A stretch of 64,000 bases of DNA. Origin: Candidatus Poribacteria bacterium. GTDB lineage: Bacteria; Poribacteria; WGA-4E; WGA-3G. The stretch covers positions 2,272,001 to 2,336,000 of the forward strand of contig OZ244048.1 in assembly GCA_965215265.1 (NCBI GenBank), given 5' to 3'. The notes under the pieces are model-generated. The model searched no databases. It saw only the letters and a program-made list of their open reading frames with translations, and had not been told where the DNA came from. The position numbers and the translations under genes are program-made. Positions within the stretch are counted from its first letter, which is position 1. Every line of letters begins with the position of its first letter. Shown here piece after piece: positions 58,956 to 64,000 of the stretch.

Positions 58956-60262
58956 TAGGTTTTTTGTTTTTTTTTGCGTGCTGCGGGAAACAAGATGTTG
59001 TTCAAAATGAGGCGATAGCCGGGCGAATGTTTGTGCAAATCGAGGTTCGTGGGGATTTTGCCTTCTCCGACTAAGTGGCGATAGTCCTCCGGGTCGTGTC
59101 CGCCGAGGAAAGTAAAGGTGCCTTTGCCTAATTTTCCGTGTATATATTTTGCGTAGTTGGTGCCTTCAATCTGCCCTAAAATGGTGACGGAACCCCGGAG
59201 CAAATCCATATTAAAAGATGTGGTCTGCCCAAGGAAACCGGGTACCACATTCACATGATTTTGCGTGAGCATAGTAGGTATTGGATGGTGTTTTGCGGCA
59301 AATTCAAAAAGTGCGAAGTCTTCAACCCCGCTCTGTGCATCTCTATCAGGCTCAGGATTGTCTATATCTGAGAATTCGTATCGGTATGGATTTGTGTAGA
59401 GCGTAAAATTCTCAAAAGCCAAGGTGCGCTGTGCTTTGAAATTCTGTGCGAGCCGTGTTTGGAAATCGCCATCAATCGGTGTTCCATCAAGTTCAGGTGC
59501 GACGATGTCAATCATTCCGCCGCGTGTTGCTAATGCAATATCCAAGGTTTCCGGTGCGGAGCACATTGCGAAAACAAAGCCGCCGTTAGCGATGTAGTCC
59601 GCTATCATCAATGCGGTTTGTCCTTTGTATTTCGGGACACTTGAAAAGCCAGCCTCTGCAGCGGCTTTTTCAAAGAGGTGCATCCGTTGCTGATACCAGA
59701 CCTGCCTAGAAAAGGAGGCATGAAACTTTCCGTGCTGTCCAGTGAAGTCTTCGTGGTGCAGATGCAACCAGTCGTAACCTTGCGTCTGTAGTACGCCGCT
59801 CTGTACTTCTTTGTCCCAGAGTTCGTCGTAGGGGATCTGTGCGTAATCGAGTGCGAGCTTAACTGCGTCGTCCCACGGGTCACGGTATGGCGACTTCTCT
59901 GCAGGGGCGTATACTGCGATTTTGGGTGCTTTCTCTAAGCGGATCTCGTCCATATTATTGGCCTGTAGGACGGTTTCTTGGATACGGTTGTAGTCCGCGA
60001 TGCTCATCGGCTCAAAAAGGACACCCATGAAGGCTGCACGGGTTCGTACATCTTGGGAGTCCGGCAGCACGAAGGCACCGCCTCGGTAGTTCAACCACCA
60101 ATAGCATCTATATTCGCGTGGTGGGGCTAACGCCCAGTATGTCAAGCCGTAGGCTTTGAGATGATTGGTTTGCCCGTTTTGTTCCATTGGGACTAAAAGC
60201 CACTGTGCAACGGCTGGGACGCTGCAAATGGAAAGATAGAGGACGATGATGAGTTTTTTCAT
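58955..60262 (-). CDS. Conserved secreted hypothetical protein (Bacteroidetes-type family often labelled 'asparagine synthetase B')
   Basis: LLVPME..NHLKAYG, LNYRGG, PWDDAV, DWLHLHHEDFTGQ, FAMCSA, GHDPEDY, SPGYRLILNNILFPAA. Confidence 0.8.
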   Translation of the reverse strand: MKKLIIVLYLSICSVPAVAQWLLVPMEQNGQTNHLKAYGLTYWALAPPREYRCYWWLNYRGGAFVLPDSQDVRTRAAFMGVLFEPMSIADYNRIQETVLQANNMDEIRLEKAPKIAVYAPAEKSPYRDPWDDAVKLALDYAQIPYDELWDKEVQSGVLQTQGYDWLHLHHEDFTGQHGKFHASFSRQVWYQQRMHLFEKAAAEAGFSSVPKYKGQTALMIADYIANGGFVFAMCSAPETLDIALATRGGMIDIVAPELDGTPIDGDFQTRLAQNFKAQRTLAFENFTLYTNPYRYEFSDIDNPEPDRDAQSGVEDFALFEFAAKHHPIPTMLTQNHVNVVPGFLGQTTSFNMDLLRGSVTILGQIEGTNYAKYIHGKLGKGTFTFLGGHDPEDYRHLVGEGKIPTNLDLHKHSPGYRLILNNILFPAARKKKQKT

Positions 60263-60502
60263 TTTTTTGTATATCTCCGTACCGTAAAGGTTTAGGTTGT
60301 GGTTAATCCAATGTTGGCAGGTAAGGTATGGCAGGGTTCGGTTTTCTTGCCATGAGACAAAGAATACCTTATCCCTGCCCCCTATAGGTTCTTGTCTCTC
60401 CTGCAAGGAGAGTGGCGAGATTTGTACAGGATTTTTCATAGCAATCGCCTTTGTTGTCCTGCAGTAGACGAAAAACTTTATTGTCCTGCAGTAGACGAAA
60501 TT
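60263..60502. repeat. Repeat cluster (arm and REP-like modules)
   Basis: GGCGAGATTT-N41-TAGACGAAAA at about 60414-60476; duplicated TTGTCCTGCAGTAGACGAAA supplies the upstream gene's stop. Confidence 0.8.
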
Positions 60503-63354
60503 GCCGGTGCCTGCCCGAATACAATCTGTCCGTTGTGCATTAATGGGGTTTCACTGGTGCCGGGGTTCTGGATATCCACGGACCAGAGTTGTCCGTTGTT
60601 TTCATAAAGTATCCAACGGCCGGCAGGCGGCATCCACACTGGATGTCTGCCGCCGTACTGGGTTAACTGCTGTTCGGTTCGGATGCCTGTGTCTGAATAC
60701 ATAACAAGCCAAATCTGTGATGGTTCTTCTTCAACCGTTCGCGTGAAGGCGAGTTGATTCGGATTTGCCGGAGACCAGGCAGGTTCTGCATCCTGGGCAG
60801 GGGAGATAACAATCGGTTCGATACGCTTTGTCAAACTGTCGAAGGCGTAGATATTCCGTTTTGCAGTGGTATCTGGGTTTTCAATTGTGCCTTCTGTGAC
60901 ATAGGCCAGTAGGCTACCGTCGCGGTTCCATGCAGGGTTGAAACTTTGCAGTGCGGTTGAAGGCACGGTGAAGGTTTGATTGCTGGGAAGGTGTTGAATC
61001 ACAATCAACCGTCGGTTGGTTGGCCCGGTTTGTGTATAGGCGACATAGTTTGCATCCGGTGAGATAGCGGCATCACGTGCAAGATGGCGTGCGTCCAGTA
61101 GTATGCGGCCGTCGGGTGAAACAGAGTCGTGAAGGATGAGATTGCCGTCGATATCTTCATAGAGCAGCGTCCCATCAGCAGCGACAGTTGGATTGGTGCC
61201 GGCGGCGATAGCAGTGATGCCTGTGTCAGCAGTGAGACTCCATAGGACACCGTCATAACCGAAATAGGTAAAGATGCCGTCTGTTCTTAAGAAATCCTCC
61301 GGTGTGCTGTTTAGCGGAGCGTTGCCGCCATCAATGGTGTGCAAATCCGGTGGTTTTTCGATTTGTGCGGTTTCGGCTTTTTGTATACTAGAGCCCCACA
61401 ACGCCCTAGGTTGTGTCAATGACTGTGAAAATCTCGCCTGAGATTTTCTAGGTTTTGCATCCGAAAGGGCTGCTGCGGAGGGCTGAAACTGCTCGGCATC
61501 AATAAATTCCCATCCGGCACCTGTCGTCCGCCATCGAAACCCGAGTCCTTTTGTCCAATACTTCCATTCTTCGTTCCGCTGTCCATTGCGGTTAATAGTG
61601 AAAACATCCTCGGGTTCTCCGTATCGCCGTCGAATTTCCCAGCGTCCGCCATCCATAATTTCTGTCAGTGTGCCGGCTTCATCAATATAGGTTGCGAACA
61701 TTTCTATATCAATATGCGAAGTGGTGTGCCCGGGTAAGACAGTGACAGCAATAGGCTCACCGCGCACCGGGAAACGTGTGCCATAAAGTCCTACGTTGTC
61801 TGTGAGCCCTGTGGTACCGTCGTTATTCTGGTCAAGTACTGCCATGGCGTAGTAACGTCCAGGCAGCACGTGTATGTGGTAACGCCCGTGCTCGCTGAGT
61901 GTAATAGGGATGGGGAGGGGTGATTGGAAGTCAGGCGTGTAAGAGAGACTGATAATTCCTTGCGTGCGTGCTACGGGTTTCCCATCGGCGAGGAGTCTTC
62001 CGGAGATGCTGCCGTGTTCAATGTGTGTTTCAATGCCGGGTGGTGCGGGGCGGAGTTGGCCATCAGCATCATAGCGTGCAGTGATAAGGATATCAACCGT
62101 GCGATCGTCCGTGCTTTTGGATTCAGTCAGAACAAACGGGGTTGGCGGGTGCATGCTCATATCTAAGGTCCCATATCCGCCGACACCATCACCTTCGCTG
62201 TATCTGCCATTTTTATCGGCATCGAGATTGGCGATGAAGTAATACTCGCCGGGTGGTAAGGCAAGCTGGAACGTTCCGCTCGGATGCGTCTCTGCACTTG
62301 CGAGGGGTGTGACTAAAGTCGGTTGAGCGTAAACTTCAACGCGTGCTGTGATATCAGTGCTGTCGGTAGGCATCGGAGATACTGTACCGGTAAGTGCAAC
62401 CCGTGTCTGGTTTTGTCTATTTGTATCTGATGGATACGTGTGAGTGATGGCGATGTCCACATTTTGGGTGAACCGGTTCTCTGCAATGAGGATAGGCTGC
62501 GGTTTGTTATGTGCGTTTTTCAAAAAGGGTTTTCTTGCCGTGCTAGTTGAAGTCCTACCGTTGCGGCTGTGAGGTGTATCAATGCCGTAGAAACCGAACG
62601 CATCGCCAGCATCGAGCTTATTGGTGTGGTTGTTGTCGATAATAGCCATCAGGTAATATTTTCCGGGTGGTAAGTTAAGGGTCCATTCGCCGGAGTCTGA
62701 GACGCGCGTCATAGCGGCACGGTATTTCCACGTAATATCCGTATATGCAAGAACGAGGGCTTGTGCACCGTCATGGACGCGTCTCTGAACGCGGAGATGC
62801 CCGTGGCAGCCACTAGTAACTTTACGCAGTTCACTCTGAAACTGTTGAAATTCGCTATTTTGGTATTCGGAAATCGAGACAATTTTAAGTTCACCGTTGA
62901 CCTCACCGGCACGTGCAGTAATAGGTATCTCTAATCCACCGATGCGTTCTCCGTCGCGTATTTCGAGGAGTTGCTGCTTTTGGGCGGTAGAAACCCAATT
63001 AGTAATTCCGTAGATACCGAGCCCATCTCCGGTATCAAAATGTCCTGACCGGTCGACATCAACGTACGCAACGAGATAGTAGCGGCCTGGAGCAACACGG
63101 AGTAGGAATTTACCGGCTTCTTGTTGTGGAATACCACTGACGTAAAGTTCCGTTAGCGCCTCATCCCGATAGACGGAGACGTTTGTGTTTGAGAGATCTT
63201 GCCCTTCCCAGATTACTGTTCCTTCAAGTGTTGCTGTCATCTGTTTTCCTACCTGGGTGTCTATCAAGGGTTTCGGCGAAGCTTCTTGTGATAGTGCAGC
63301 ACGCATATAGGAGCTAAGGGACATCATTAACAGAACCAGCAGCAATCGTTTCAT
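60478..63354 (-). CDS. Large secreted multidomain protein: four Dx[DN]xxG beta-sandwich modules + TolB/PD40 propeller
   Basis: Signal peptide; PGxYYxxAxxDxxxxG four times; AISPD, PAWNRDG, PAWSP, PVW. Confidence 0.8.
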   Translation of the reverse strand: MKRLLLVLLMMSLSSYMRAALSQEASPKPLIDTQVGKQMTATLEGTVIWEGQDLSNTNVSVYRDEALTELYVSGIPQQEAGKFLLRVAPGRYYLVAYVDVDRSGHFDTGDGLGIYGITNWVSTAQKQQLLEIRDGERIGGLEIPITARAGEVNGELKIVSISEYQNSEFQQFQSELRKVTSGCHGHLRVQRRVHDGAQALVLAYTDITWKYRAAMTRVSDSGEWTLNLPPGKYYLMAIIDNNHTNKLDAGDAFGFYGIDTPHSRNGRTSTSTARKPFLKNAHNKPQPILIAENRFTQNVDIAITHTYPSDTNRQNQTRVALTGTVSPMPTDSTDITARVEVYAQPTLVTPLASAETHPSGTFQLALPPGEYYFIANLDADKNGRYSEGDGVGGYGTLDMSMHPPTPFVLTESKSTDDRTVDILITARYDADGQLRPAPPGIETHIEHGSISGRLLADGKPVARTQGIISLSYTPDFQSPLPIPITLSEHGRYHIHVLPGRYYAMAVLDQNNDGTTGLTDNVGLYGTRFPVRGEPIAVTVLPGHTTSHIDIEMFATYIDEAGTLTEIMDGGRWEIRRRYGEPEDVFTINRNGQRNEEWKYWTKGLGFRWRTTGAGWEFIDAEQFQPSAAALSDAKPRKSQARFSQSLTQPRALWGSSIQKAETAQIEKPPDLHTIDGGNAPLNSTPEDFLRTDGIFTYFGYDGVLWSLTADTGITAIAAGTNPTVAADGTLLYEDIDGNLILHDSVSPDGRILLDARHLARDAAISPDANYVAYTQTGPTNRRLIVIQHLPSNQTFTVPSTALQSFNPAWNRDGSLLAYVTEGTIENPDTTAKRNIYAFDSLTKRIEPIVISPAQDAEPAWSPANPNQLAFTRTVEEEPSQIWLVMYSDTGIRTEQQLTQYGGRHPVWMPPAGRWILYENNGQLWSVDIQNPGTSETPLMHNGQIVFGQAPAISSTAGQ

Positions 63355-63711
63355 GCTTTACTTCTCCATTCTATTTTTTGAAACTTAGGGGGTCCAAAGT
63401 TTATTTTTTTATGATAACACATGCGTGAATAATTTTCAAGGAAAGATAAATAGTGCTCACTTACCCCCAATTTTTGTAGCAGGCTTGTGAGAAACGGGTT
63501 CAGGAGATATAGGTTGGGGGGTTGACTGATAGGGTTTCTCACACGGCTACCCTTCCATCGCCCCCACCCGCAACTCACAAAAAAAGTGCCGCTAAATCAG
63601 ACTCCCATACATTTTTCTTACAATTTTTTTTCAAATATGATATATTAATGTGAACATCATAAAAATCTGCCTGACAATGTTGCAAACCTGCTTATCAGAG
63701 GAGACAACCGC

Positions 63712-63780
63712 ATGCACAATAAACTCACAAAGCCCAGCCTCGTCCCTCAACCGCATGGCCCCAGAGGAGCAAACGCATGA
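63712..63780 (+). CDS. 22-aa upstream ORF overlapping the next start (ATGA)
   Basis: SD GAGGAG; MHNKLTKPSLVPQPHGPRGANA*. Confidence 0.3.
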   Translation: MHNKLTKPSLVPQPHGPRGANA

Positions 63781-64000
63781 ACAAAGAACACATCAGAGAG
63801 GCTCTCGCTGCAATATGCACTGGCCCCTTTTTACAAACCGCGAAAAACCTGCTCGCCACGCTCGGCTACCGCAGCGATTTGACAGAAGCATTCTCTGGAA
63901 CAGCCGGCGACTTTATAGAGACTTTCCCCGCATTCAACCCGAACACCCAAACGGAACAAGCCCTCCGAAACCACGCAGCCTCGATACACTTCATCTTCCA
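63777..64000 (+). CDS. N-terminus of a large protein, probably a type IIG/Eco57I-like restriction-modification enzyme (partial)
   Basis: SD GAGGAG; MNKEHIREALAAI...NLLATLGYRSD...IHFIF; open to the window end; family assignment from recollection only. Confidence 0.45.
   Translation, partial: MNKEHIREALAAICTGPFLQTAKNLLATLGYRSDLTEAFSGTAGDFIETFPAFNPNTQTEQALRNHAASIHFIF

Overview
Bacterial chromosomal window, most likely Candidatus Poribacteria or a relative. This is inferred from the LamG protein with a C-terminal KLAxxWGxLK motif, plus LRR, CRTAC1/ASPIC-UnbV, sulfatase and DUF6785-type membrane proteins. Housekeeping and catabolic genes (pyrD, pyrB, aroC, mutS, miaB, map, ccmC, nadE, a CoxMSL-like molybdoenzyme operon) are interspersed with decaying accessory regions. 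Main unexpected signals: (1) three copies of an rRNA-operon-type promoter plus boxA leader sit in front of protein-coding genes, and one runs into a decayed ~100-nt 5' fragment of 16S rRNA. (2) A dispersed palindromic repeat family has fixed-length arms (CGAGATTT-N41-TA[T/G]AC[A/G]AAAA); it disrupts one gene, sits in frame inside others, and supplies start regions and stop codons to neighbours. (3) Two tandem Rpn-like PD-(D/E)XK nuclease genes carry a strong internal SD+ATG in front of a 12-aa VNTR domain, the layout of an intragenic antitoxin. (4) There is an orphan two-repeat mini-CRISPR. (5) There are eukaryote-type NAD synthetase and FAIM-like genes. No tRNA or cas genes were seen. All family calls are by motif recognition only; no database searches were run.
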